From Octopus vulgaris (lineage: Eukaryota), in the NCBI GenBank assembly GCA_951406725.2, contig OX597827.1, forward strand, positions 54,560,001-54,624,000: DNA of 64,000 nt, given 5' to 3'. Numbering within the stretch: the stretch's first letter is position 1; every line of letters begins with the position of its first letter. Shown in pieces: positions 25,945 through 37,690 of this stretch. The position numbers were made by a program, and so were the translations under genes. The notes under the pieces are model-generated. The model was given only the letters and a program-made list of their open reading frames with translations, had not been told where the DNA came from and did not search any database.

Positions 25945-26505
25945 ACTGGTACTCTGTCAGTTACAATGATGAGGGTTCCAGTTGATCTGATCAACAGAAC
26001 AACCTGCTTGTAAAATTAATGTGCAAGTAGCTGAGCACACTACAGACACAAATACCCATTTCTTTACTACCCACAAGGGGCTAAACACAGAGAGGACAAA
26101 CAAGGACAGACAAATGGATTAAGTCGATTATATTGACCCCAGTGCGTAACTGGTACTTATTTAATCAACCTCCAAAGGATGAAAAGCAAAGTTGACCTCG
26201 GCAGAATTTGAACTCAGAACATAGCAGCAGATGAAATACCACAAAGCATTTCACCCGGCGTGCTAACGTTTCTGCTAGCTCACCTACAGACACAAATACC
26301 TTTAACGTAGTACTCAGGGAGATGCAGTGTGACACAGAATGTGATGAGGCTGGTCCTTTGAATTACAGGTACTACTCATTTTTGCCAGCTGAGTGGACTG
26401 GGGCAACATAAAATAAAGTGTCTTGCTCAAGGACACAATGCATCACTAGGAATTAAACTCATGATCACGAGCCAAATACCTTAACCACAGAGCCATGAGC
26501 CTTCA
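25945..26505 (-). mobile_element. SINE family D interrupted by a SINE B copy (26057-26283)
   Basis: Host shares sequence with 30290-30600. The insert is flanked by the exact 17-bp TSD ctacagacacaaatacc. Confidence 0.85.
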
Positions 26506-26894
26506 CAAAAGGTAGAATGGTTATGACTGGAATGCCTTTGATTGTAGAGTTTCTCAATGATGGCTGTCTTAGAGTTAAACAATAAGTGCAAATATGACTA
26601 TATATAGACAGCGCATAATAGTGATTTCAATTTTTCAGCTTTCAATTCCAGTATTTTATTGTAATTTCACTGGAAACCAGAACACATTTAAATGAGAATA
26701 ATGCTCTGTAAATATGTCACCAGTTGCTTAGTAGTTCAAATGTGGAGCTATTTGAATAATAACAGAAGCAAACCTGTGAACATTTAATTGAATATTTATT
26801 GCCAGACATTAAAGATACTGGTGTTGGTTATTTACAATGCAGAACATAAGTATTTGCTGACTGGGAGAGAGAGGAAAACTGCATCATGTTATTC

Positions 26895-27245
26895 TTTTAT
26901 TCTGTTATTCATTTGACTGTGGCCATGCTGGAGCACTGCTTTGAAGGGTTTTAGCAGAACATGTCAACCCCAGGAAATATTTTTTTAAGCCTGGTACTTA
27001 TTCTATCATTCTCTTTTGTCAAAGCACTAAGTTATGTGGATGTAAACACACCAACACTGGTTTCAAGTGGTGATGGGGTTCAAACATAGACACAAAGACA
27101 CACACACACATAGATACCAAATCCACTCACAAAGCTTTGGTTGGCCCAAGGCTATAGTAGAAGACATTTGCCGAAGGAGCCACTCATTGTTATTGAACCT
27201 GGAATCTTGTAGTTGGGAAGCAAGCTTCTTACCACACAGCCACGC
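26895..27245 (-). mobile_element. SINE family A
   Basis: Similarity to other copies. Confidence 0.8.
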
Positions 27246-27719
27246 CTATAGAAGTTACTTATGAGACATTGTGTGAATGTTCAGAATGGGTCTGTCCAAA
27301 AACCTGGAGTTGTCTGTTTAAATGTCTGGAACTATCAGTGATGGCAAAAGTGGAAGCGTATTTTGCTCAGCTGCCTTCAGCATTCATCAATTAATCAAGC
27401 AGTAAAACAGTCTTTTATAGGGTACAAGAAAGAACATTCTAGAAAACCACATCATGCCACAGCTTCTTGCTGACTGGTTGTTTAATAGACTAATCATGTG
27501 TCCATTCGTGGTGTCTGATCAGTTATCTAGTGGTTGAGATTTCAAACCATTGTTACAAGCAGTCTACTTCCAGCTCTTTACATGAATTTAAGAAGAATGA
27601 CACAAGAAAACAGTGAATTTATATAAAAATAGGCCAACAAAAGTGCAAAAAGAAAAACGAAAAACCATGTGTTGAATACAGAATAAATATCAAAAGATTT
27701 TATTTTGTTTCAGTCATTA

Positions 27720-27950
27720 GGGCAGCAAGCTGGCAGAAATGTTAGCACGCTGGGTAACATGCTTAGCAGTATTTCATCTGCCGTTACGGTCTGAGTTCAA
27801 ATTCTGCTGAGGTCGACTTCGCCTTTCATCCTTTTGGGGTCGATTAGATAAGTACAAGTTGTGCACTGGGGTCAATGTAATCGACTTAATCCCGTTGTCT
27901 GTTCTTGTTTGTCTCCTCTATGTTTAGACCCGCGTGGGCAATAAAGAAAT
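27720..27950 (+). mobile_element. SINE family B inserted in the tail of a SINE A copy (host extends to about 28290, minus)
   Basis: 16-bp TSD attttgtttcagtcat on both sides. Confidence 0.87.
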
Positions 27951-28162
27951 AAATTTTGTTTCAGTCATGAGACTGTGGCTATGCTGGGGCACAGCCTCAA
28001 GGAATTTTTAGTCAAACTAATTGACTCCAGTACTGCTTTTTATTTTTTTTAAAGCCTGGTACTTATTTTTATCGATCTCTTTTGCTGAACTGCTAAGTTA
28101 CAGAGACATAAACACAGCAACACCAATTGTTGAGTGGTGGTGGGGGACAAACACAAATACAA

Positions 28163-28195
<33 letters not shown>

Positions 28196-28449
28196 ATTGG
28201 ATTCTTTCAGTTTCCATCTACCAAATCTACTTACAAGGCTTTGGTCAGCCCAAGGCTACAGTAGAATACACTTGCTCAATGTGTCACACAGTGGGTGTAC
28301 AATGATAAATTCATAAAATATGCAAAGTTCTGCAATTCTTTTTCTCTTTTTCACTTTTTGGTGGGATTGTAAAAGGAAAACATTTTTTGTGTCTGTGTAG
28401 AAAAATGTGAGTCTGAATATATCAAGAATATAAAGCATTTATATAAAAA

Positions 28450-28790
28450 AGCGACAGTGTTTCTGCTGCAGAATTTTCCAATACCCTTGATGTGCTATAT
28501 ATCCCTAGTAAACTGTGAAATATAATCGAGGCGTTTGCTGTCTCTTGGGGTGTATTCATCCGTGTTGGATTATAGCGTGTAGGCTATTGGTTGAGAATTG
28601 GCTTACATGGGGAAGATTTTTCCTTCTCAGAAAAAGTATTAGGTGTTTTTTTTTGACAAAGAAGATGCTGCTTTCCTGCATTTGAGTAGCTAATTTGAAA
28701 AACCATAGCTGAATGCAATGACTGAATTATTTGTTGAAGCCTTTTGGCCATGAGAATTTGAACATACAAAATAATGAGGGAATTGCCATT
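28450..28790 (-). pseudogene. Ty3/Gypsy RNase H region remnant
   Basis: Minus translation TPRDSKRLDYISQFTRDI*HIKG resembles the gypsy SPRQxRHLDFISQFTTDIRHIKG segment. Confidence 0.6.
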
Positions 28791-28799
28791 CTGTGAGTC

Positions 28800-29155
28800 T
28801 ATGTATGTATGTATGTATGTATGTATGTATGTATGTATGTATGTATGTATTTATGTATGCATGTATATATGTATGTATGTATTTATGTATGTATGTATTT
28901 ATGTATGTATGTATGTCTGAATGTATGTATGTTTGTATGCATGTATGTATGTATGTATGTATGTATTTATGTATGTATCTATGTATGTATGTATGTATGT
29001 ATGTATGTATGTATGTATGTATGTATGTATGTATGTATGTATGCATGTATGTATCCATGTATGTATGTATGTATGTATGTATGCATGCATGCATGTATGT
29101 ATGTATGTATGTATCTATGTATCTATGTATGTATGTATGTGTGTATGTACATACA
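28800..29155. repeat. (TATG)n microsatellite
   Basis: Direct reading. Confidence 0.97.
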
Positions 29156-29211
29156 TATAGATATAAGCAATAATAAATCTCTGAGCAAGGTATAAACAGT
29201 AGCTGCACGAC

Positions 29212-29600
29212 ATTGTGAAGTATATGTGGATAACCCTTAAGGGTTAATGCTATTGTAGCATGTAGCCCCAGGAAAACATCTCCTCCAGCTGGCTATTGAC
29301 ACACTTTCTGTGCCCTATCAATATGTGCAAAGAGTAGTCATCCTTCCCATTTCCAACCTGACATGATACACACAGACCTGAGTTGCATCAGCTTGTGACA
29401 ACCATTGGCTGGCGATCTCGGATCCATGTGTATCACGTGAGGTTGAAGATGGGGAGGATGACATCCTTTTGCAAATATTGATAGGGCACAGAAAGTGTGT
29501 CAATAACCAGATGGAGGGGATGTCTTCCTGGGGCTACAAGCTACAGTAGCATCAACCCTTAAGGTTTAGCCACATTTAGGTGGCAAATATACTTCACCAT
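29212..29600. mobile_element. Fold-back palindromic element (about 165-bp imperfect arms)
   Basis: e.g. tattgacacactttctgtgccctatcaatat vs atattgatagggcacagaaagtgtgtcaata; loop about 45 nt. Confidence 0.85.
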
Positions 29601-29616
29601 ATAGATATAGATATAC

Positions 29617-29661
<45 letters not shown>

Positions 29662-29705
29662 TAATATAAAATAAATATAAGAGAGAATTCTCTCACCCTT
29701 ATTAA

Positions 29706-29736
<31 letters not shown>

Positions 29737-29849
29737 ATGTGATCACGTGACTGACCAGACCATCAGATGTTGCAACACATCGCTGGTCACAATGCGTTCG
29801 CATTGTTTTAGCCTTCGAATGACGCCACCCCGCTGGCTAAGCGAGCAGG

Positions 29850-29915
<66 letters not shown>

Positions 29916-30289
29916 TATACATATGCCCGCAGTCAAATGACTGAAACAAGTAAAAAAATAAAAGAATATATATGTATGTATACATATATGCATACATATA
30001 TGTGTGTGTGTGTGTGTGTGTGTATGTGTGTGTATAGCATATATATACACATAACTGTGTGGTTAAGAAGGCATTTATACTGTGACCATCTTGTTTCTTA
30101 TTGAGACAGTATATCTAGGATTTCATTATCCAATATGTCCTTCCTTTATTAAAATGGTAGGGAGATTTGGCTGCTATTTTTAAGAGATTATGAGACTATA
30201 TAGATAACCATCATTAGATCCATAAAACACATGTTTTATATGACAACATGTTGCCCTAAATTTTGGTATGGATATACATTGCACTCTGT

Positions 30290-30600
30290 TATGATAATGA
30301 GTGTTCCACTTGATCTGTTCAATGGAACAGTCTGTTCATAAAATCAATGTGCAAATAGCTGAGCACTCCACAACAAACAAGCATACCTTTAACATGGTTC
30401 TCAGAAAGATTCAGTGGGATATACAATGTGACAAGGCTGGCCCTTTGAATTACAGATGCAATTCATTTTTGCCAGCTGAGTGAACTGAAGCAATGTTAAA
30501 TAAAGTATCTTGCTCAAGGACACAACACACTACCAGGAATTGAACTCATGACCTTACAATCATGAGCCAAAACTCTAACCATTAAGCCATGCACCTTCAC
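30290..30600 (-). mobile_element. SINE family D
   Basis: Shares ttttgccagctgagtg..cttgctcaaggacacaa..ggaattgaactc with the 25945 copy. Confidence 0.75.
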
Positions 30601-31300
30601 ATATAAGCACCAATGAGTGGAGAATAAGCCAAGTCTGCAATACACGGATTTCAGATACTTTTGAAGATATTCAGTTGTAATACAACAGTTGAGTGAAGGT
30701 AACAGAAATATCAATGATGAGATATCTTGCTAGTGTTTAAGCAATATTAGCATTTGTCCTATAATGACTTCAATTATAATTCCATTCACATTCAGGATGT
30801 GTTACAGGGATACAGTTCAATACAATATTTGACTGGTACTTTATTTTATCGACAGCAGACAAATAGAAACAAAATTCAAGTCACTAACATTAGATGTTCT
30901 AACATTTCTACCAGCCTGAGTCTTAGCTTAATTTCTCCAAGATTTATGTAATAGTGCTAAAGGGTTATATAATTCTTTATTTTGGTACAAGGCTAACAAT
31001 TTTTTCAGGGGAGGATAGAAAGTTAATTACATTGACTCCAATATTTGACTAGTACTTTATCTTATTGACCCTGGAGGGATGAAATACAAAGCTGACTCCA
31101 GTGAGATCTGAAATCGGAATATAGAGATCCAAAAGAAATGTCACAATACTTTTTGTCCAACCCATTAATGCTTTTGCAAGCTTACCACCTTATAAAGTGT
31201 AATATAATGATTATGTAACAGAGGAAGTCTTCTTTATGAATTGGAAAATAGTTTATTTGTTACATTAATAAGAAAGTGCCACCTCTAGTCAAACAATTAT

Positions 31301-31345
31301 TCTGTGCTGATGAAGGGAAATAACCTGGAAATCGTGATACACAGA
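31301..31345 (+). ncRNA. Minimal type-I hammerhead ribozyme motif
   Basis: TCTGTG-CTGATGA-AGG(GAAATAA)CCT-G-GAAA-TCGTGA-TA-CACAGA: 6-bp stem I, core CUGAUGA/GAAA, AUC/GAU stem III, AUA triplet. One extra G before GAAA. Confidence 0.6.
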
Positions 31346-32379
31346 TATTGTTTTGAGCTGAGTTGGGGTGCTAGATTCCCTTGTTCGAAAATATAAGGAC
31401 ACAGATCATGTCATATAGCCAGCTGAAGACAATGTTTCCTGGTGCTAAATTACAGCAACATTCGTCCTAAACCAGGATTGCCATGTTATGTTGGCAAACA
31501 ATCTTTACTACAAAGTACTGTTGCTGAATATCTCACATTGCAAGATTTAAAAATAGTAATTTTCTTATAGGAAAGATGTTCATACAATACAATTAATGGA
31601 AACTTTCAGATGAAGAAGCTTGATATGACACATACAGAAAGTCTTTGTTAGAAACTCGACATTTGGGCTAATTTTTACAAATTAAATACATACATATTCA
31701 GGTATCATAATGTGTCTTCTTCTTCAGTCATTCCAGGTTGAATATGCAGCTGTGAAAACAGAATGTTAGGAGAGTGTATGCCAACTTGACCCAAGATACT
31801 CTGAATTTTTGGTGCTCAACTTGGCTGTATTAAATGGTTAATATTTCCTTCAAACTTTGCTTTTGCTATATTCATTCAAATTCCAAAGAATCCCTCTCAA
31901 CACATGGCTATGATGCTCTCCCACTACTTACAATCAGAAATGAACATATTGTCAGCCACTAAGAGACATGATCAAGTGGTAAAGGTCAAGCAACTGACAA
32001 GCAAATCTGTGGTATTGAGCAGAATATTTGCTATGATGATATCTCTGCTTTAGCAACTCAGCACTGAATCTGTCTGAAATGTAATGGGATATAGGTCAAT
32101 TTTAAAACATTGATGTCCACATCACAAATGCAAAGTTTGAAGGCAATAGTAGTCATTTCCTTTGATTTCTAGATAGAAGCAAATAAGAAATAATACTTAC
32201 AGATCATAAACAAAAGAAAAAAATTTATTACTACATAATTAGAATAAATTCCAAGAAGTCAACCAGTATGTTGACAACGTTTTTGCCATGTGACTTGTTT
32301 GACAGTTTCATTTATTCACTAGAAAAATATTATCCACCTCAACATTTTCCCACCCTCTCAACTATAATAATATGAAGGT

Positions 32380-32626
32380 TACAGGGATGTAAACACACCA
32401 GCATCGGTTGTCAAGCAATGCTAGGGGGACAAACACACACACAAACACACACATACATATATACGATAGGCTTCTTTCAGCTTCCGTCTACCAAATCCAC
32501 TCACAAGGCATTAGTCGGCCCGGGGCTATAGCAGAAGACATTTGCCCAAGATGCCACGCAGTGGGACTGAACCTGGAACCATGTGGTTGGTTAGCAAGCT
32601 ACTTACCACACAGCCACTCCTGCGCC
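32380..32626 (-). mobile_element. SINE family A, 5' portion
   Basis: Similarity to other copies. Confidence 0.83.
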
Positions 32627-32686
32627 TAATGTGTACACTTTTTTAAAAAGTTCTTTGAAAGAGATTTATTTTTATTTCTAACAAGG

Positions 32687-32738
<52 letters not shown>

Positions 32739-33552
32739 CAGCAGCAGCAGCAGCACTTTTTGGATTTTTTCTATGTTGTTAAATGTATTTTAACTGAGGA
32801 AAACACGCATACACACATGCACATTTTCACACACAAACTCACACACATAATACATTTTTCACACACACACACACACACATATACATTTCTCACACACACT
32901 CATACACATACACATTTTCACACGCATTCACAGATTCACCCATTTTGTTTTTAAAAAAGGAGAATGGCTTAATTTTATTTCCCTTTTAGCATGGTTAACG
33001 CCAGTTTTGGCTTCCATTTTCCAAAGCCTAAAGTAATGTTTGTAGTAGTAGTAGTAGTAATATTAAGTTAGAAGTTTCTTTTTCTTTTCTGTTTTTTTTT
33101 TAAAAAAAAGATGCTGTTAAATATATTTAAACTTAGCTTCAGGAAAAAAAAAAAATCTTGTACAGAAACCAAATCTGCAAGTAATATACAAAACAGTATA
33201 TATAAGCAGTAATGTACAAAAAATTTTGACTTAATTATTTTTCCATTTTAATAATCAAAATTAAAATTACAAAAATATTTAATTAATACAGTTATCTTTT
33301 GCTGATGTGAGGTAAATTTTTATAAGTTCAAATTAAAAAAAAAAATATGATTACCTACAAATGAGATGTGAATATGATAACCTACTTACCTAGCAACCTA
33401 CTTTACATATGTGCAAACTTACAAAGAGGCTTCTACCTGGCTGCTAAATCATTATGAAATAGCAGCCAAATCTCATCCCAAATCATACTCTAATGTCTGA
33501 AATAAAGAAGGACTAGATAATATGGTTTGTGAGCTAAATAAGTTTGTATGAG

Positions 33553-33890
33553 CAGGCATGGCTGCATGGTAAGAAGCTTGCTTCGCAACCATATGGTTCT
33601 GGGTTCAGTCCCACTGTGGGGCACCTTGGGCCTTGGGCAAGTGGATTTGGTAGATGGAAACTGAAAAGACACCCATCATATGTATATTTATAAGTGTGTG
33701 TGTGTGTGTGTTTGTCCCCACCACCACTTGACATTTAGTTTTGGTGTGTTTATGTCCCTATGACTTAGCAGTTTGGCCAAAGAAATTAATAAAATAAGTA
33801 CCAGGCCTAAAAATAGAAAAATACTGGGGTCATTTCACTCAACTAAAAATCCTTCAAGGTGGTGGCCCAGCATGGCTGCAAAAGATAAAC
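33553..33890 (+). mobile_element. SINE family A
   Basis: Similarity to other copies. Confidence 0.78.
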
Positions 33891-34040
33891 ACTAAAAGAT
33901 ACCTTGGGGAGAAGAAAAGGCTGAAGTTTCTGAAGAAGCTGGCCTTTCATATGATTCCTTCTATTTTCAACAGTATATGAACTTATCCAAACTTACAAGA
34001 CTCATGGTATAATCAAAGACTACAATGAACCGAATAATTG

Positions 34041-34253
34041 TTAACCTTTTGTTACCACATTTCTCTTGAAATACACTGCTTTCATTTCAGTTAATTTGAG
34101 AAATTATAAAGAATTTAGTAAAATACTGGTCATTATTAAGCTGGTGTTTGGGCTATGAATTAACAAGGCTTTAATTTTGGATTACTTTAAAGCAAGAAGA
34201 TTGTACCATAGAACAAGGGACAGTTTCAGGCAGGTTGGTATCAGAAGGGTTTA
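34041..34253. mobile_element. TTAA-type MITE, family of 45591-45809
   Basis: ttaacctttt...gaagggttta termini; internal aaagaatttagtaaaata shared with that copy. Confidence 0.65.
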
Positions 34254-34255
34254 TA

Positions 34256-34964
34256 CAGGGTGTCCCAAAGTCACTAATGAGTTTCAATTTTTAATAACAT
34301 CCTTAACTTTAGAAATAAATGCATGAAATTTTGATACACTATAAAGGACATAAGTAAAATTAATATGCATAAGTCAAATTTTGCAAAAACTACATCACAG
34401 AGGAAAAATGACGTTTGTTAAATGGCAGCCATTTTTGGCTTTGCACGCCTGTGCTCTTTCTAAAACTTGCACCATAAAACCCTCAAGAGTCTCAGACCCT
34501 ACTTCTCTGATTTTTATATTGATGTTATCCTTCAGTAGCACCAGGGTCTCCAGTTTGTTGACATAAACCCTCTCTTTCAGGTACCCCCACAAGAAAAACT
34601 CTGGGCTAGTCAAGTCTTGGGAACATGAAGGCCAGTTGACATTGCCATAACAGGAGATTATTCTCTCCAAAGCACTGCTATAGCAACTGTATTGTCTCTC
34701 TTGTTGTATGAGCAGTTGCCCCTTCTTGCTGGAATCATGTGTGAAGTTTACTTCTAATGGCCTTCATGTTCCCCAGACTTGACTAGTAATGTCATTTAAG
34801 CGATGTCATTTTTCATATGTGATGTAGTGGTGTTGCAAAATTTGACTTATGCATATGAATTTCCATTACATCCTTTATATTGTATCAAATTTTCATGCAT
34901 TTATTTGTAAAGTTAAGGAAGTTATTATAAATCAAAACCCATCATTGACTTTTGAGACACCCTG
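34256..34964 (-). mobile_element. Internally deleted Tc1/mariner-superfamily element with about 160-bp TIRs
   Basis: TA|CAGGGTGTC ... GACACCCTG|TA. Transposase C-terminus FQQEGATAH ... WPSCSQDLTSPEFFLWGYLKERVY. Confidence 0.9.
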
Positions 34965-34974
34965 TATAAGTGTA

Positions 34975-35375
34975 GGCATAGCTATATGGTGAGAAGTTTG
35001 CTTTCCAACTACATGGTTCCAGGTTCAGTCCCACTGCATGGCACATTTGACAAGTGTCTTCTACTATAACTTTGAGTTGACCAAAGCCTTGTGAGTGGAT
35101 GTGGTAGAGAGAAACTGAAAGAAGCCCATTATGTGTGTGTGTGTATGTGTGTGTTAGTGTGTGCATGTGTATATTTTTGTATCTGTGTTTGTCCCCTATC
35201 ACTGCATGACAACTGCTGTTGGTGTGTTTATGTTCCTGTAACTTAGCAATTCAACAAAAATAGAATAAGTAGAAGGCTTAAAAAAGAAAGTACTGCAGTC
35301 AATACATTCGACTAAAATTCTATAAGGTGTTGCCCCAGCATGGCCACAGTTTAATGACTGAAATAAGTCAAAGAG
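34975..35375 (+). mobile_element. SINE family A
   Basis: Similarity to other copies. Confidence 0.8.
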
Positions 35376-35547
35376 AAAAGACACAAACAACAGGATATTC
35401 ATGAGTAGAAGGGTATAAACAGCAGCAAATTTATTTTGAACCAACAAAAGAAGGCCTGCACAAGCACTTGACTGGCTAGATATAACAGCCAAATTTCCAT
35501 CAAATCACACCTTATTAAGAAAGGACATAAAAAAATGTAGACCTTTC

Positions 35548-35920
35548 TCTGTGTGTGTATTTCTGTGTGTATGTGTGTGTGTATGCGTGTGTGTGCACAT
35601 GTGTGCTTGTTCGTGTGTGTGTTTTTCTGTGTGAATGTGTGCTTGTTCATGTGTGTGTGTGTGTGTGGGTGCGCACGTGTGCTTTTGTGTGTGTGTGTAT
35701 GTGTGTTTGTTCATGTGTGTGTGTGTATGTGTGTGTGTGCTTGTTCATGTGTGTGTGTGTGTGTGTTTCTGTATATGTGAATCTGTGTGCATGTCTGTGT
35801 GTATGCATATGCACGTGTGAATATATAAGCATGCATGAATGCATATCTGCTAATATGTGAGCACGAATGTATGCAGGTATGTATGTATGTTTGTATGTAT
35901 GTATGTATGTATGTATGTAT
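35548..35920. repeat. (TG)n-based minisatellite with recurring gtgcttgttcat units, then (TATG)n
   Basis: Direct reading. Confidence 0.85.
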
Positions 35921-36091
35921 AAAAATCTACTATGAATGCGGCTGAAGGGGAACTTCTAAAATAATTGTGATTTCCAATCCTTGGCTTGCAGCCTTCTTTA
36001 AATAAGAACTATTATTAAGATCATTATTACAACAAGGAGGTGGTGACTAACAACAACAGCGGTGATTATAATAATCCTAATTTTAGCTCTG

Positions 36092-36425
36092 TGAAGGAGC
36101 ATGGCTCAGTGGTTAGAGTGTCGAGTTTACAATCATGAGGTTGTGAGTTCAAATCCCGGACTGGGCTGCGTGTTGTGTTCTTGAGCAAGACACTTTATTA
36201 CACGTTGCTCCAGTTCACTCAGCTGTAGAAATGAGTTGCGGTGTCACAGGTGCCAAGCTTATCTGCTGTTGCCTTTCCCTTGGATAACACTGGTGGCATG
36301 GAGAGGGGAGGCCGGTATGCATGGGCGACTGCTGGTCTTCCATAAACAACCTTGCCCGGACTTGTGCCTGGCGGGGTAACTTTCTAGGTGCAATCCCATG
36401 GTCAGTCATGACTGAAGGGGGTCTC
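36092..36425 (+). mobile_element. tRNA-derived SINE with a head related to family D
   Basis: A box TGGCTCAGTGG, B box GAGTTCAAATCC, tgtgttcttgagcaagacactt core. Confidence 0.8.
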
Positions 36426-36489
36426 AATTTTAGCTTTATAACAGATAATTTGAACAGATTTTCTAAGCTAATAACTTATTCTTTTATTC

Positions 36490-36706
36490 TTTTATTTATT
36501 TCAGTCATTTGATTGTAGCCATGCTGGAGCGTCACCTTTAGTCGAACAAATCAACCTCAGGACTTATTTTTAGTAAGCCTAGTACTCGTTTTATTGGTCT
36601 TTTTTGCTGAACCATTAAGTTACGGGTACGTGATACTCCAACATCAGTTATCAAGCGATGGTGGGGGGACAAACACAGACGCACAAACATATACACACAC
36701 ACATGC

Positions 36707-36756
<50 letters not shown>

Positions 36757-36920
36757 AGTATGTATACAATGGGCTTCTTTCAGTTTCCTTCTACAAAATC
36801 CACACATAAAGCTTTGGTCAGCCCAAGGCTATAGTAGAAGACACTCGCCCAAGGTGCCATACAGTGAGACTGAATCCAGAACTATGTGGCTGATAAGCAA
36901 GCAATTTTCCACACAACCAT
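36490..36920 (-). mobile_element. SINE family A
   Basis: Similarity to other copies. Confidence 0.82.
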
Positions 36921-37089
36921 TATTATTACTCATCATGTGATCCTGGACAAAATCTTTCCTGGGTCAACAAATCTAGGACACTGAAGTTTGTTTTACTAAT
37001 TATTTTATTTACAGCAGCAAATTTCCCTCAAAGCTCATAATACTATCTTAGGAAACAAATGGATACATTAGAGAATTTAGTCCTAGAGT

Positions 37090-37690
37090 TGCAAGTGTGG
37101 CTGTGTGGTAAGAATCTTGTGCCTCAACCACATGGTTCTGTGACATCTTGAGCAAGTGAGTAGACTTGGTGGACAGAAACTAATAGAAGCTTGTCATATA
37201 TATAGATATATGAATATGTAAGTGTGTGTGTGTGTATTTGTTATTTCTTTATTGCTCACAAGGGGCTAAACATAGAGGGGACAAACAAGGACAATCAAAG
37301 GGATTAAGTCGATTACATCAATCCCAGTGCATAACTGGTACTTAATTTATTGACCCCAAAAGAATGAAAGGCAAAGTCAACCTCGGTGGAATTTGAACTC
37401 AGAACGTAAAGACAGACGAAATATCCCTAAGCATTTCACCCGGCATGTTAATATTTCTGCCAGCTCGCCATGTGTGTGTGTTTGTGTCTGTGTTTGTTCC
37501 CCACCACTGCTTGACAACAGGTGTTGGTGTGTTTACGTCCCCATAACTTAGTGGTTTGGCAAAAAGAACCTATAAAATAAGTACCAGGCTTTAAAAAATA
37601 AGTACTGAAGTTGATTCATTTGACTAAAAAAACTTCTCCAAGGTAGTGCCTCAGAATGGCTGCAGTCTAATGACTGAAAAACAAGCAAAA
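37090..37690 (+). mobile_element. SINE A with a SINE B (37241-37469, minus) inserted in its internal (TG)n
   Basis: Insert flanked by tgtgtgtgt(a/g)tttg. Confidence 0.82.

Noticed and set aside
36092-36170. tRNA-like sequence (also at 14331 and 19523)
   Set aside because: SINE heads with A/B boxes that continue into a SINE body; no complete cloverleaf.
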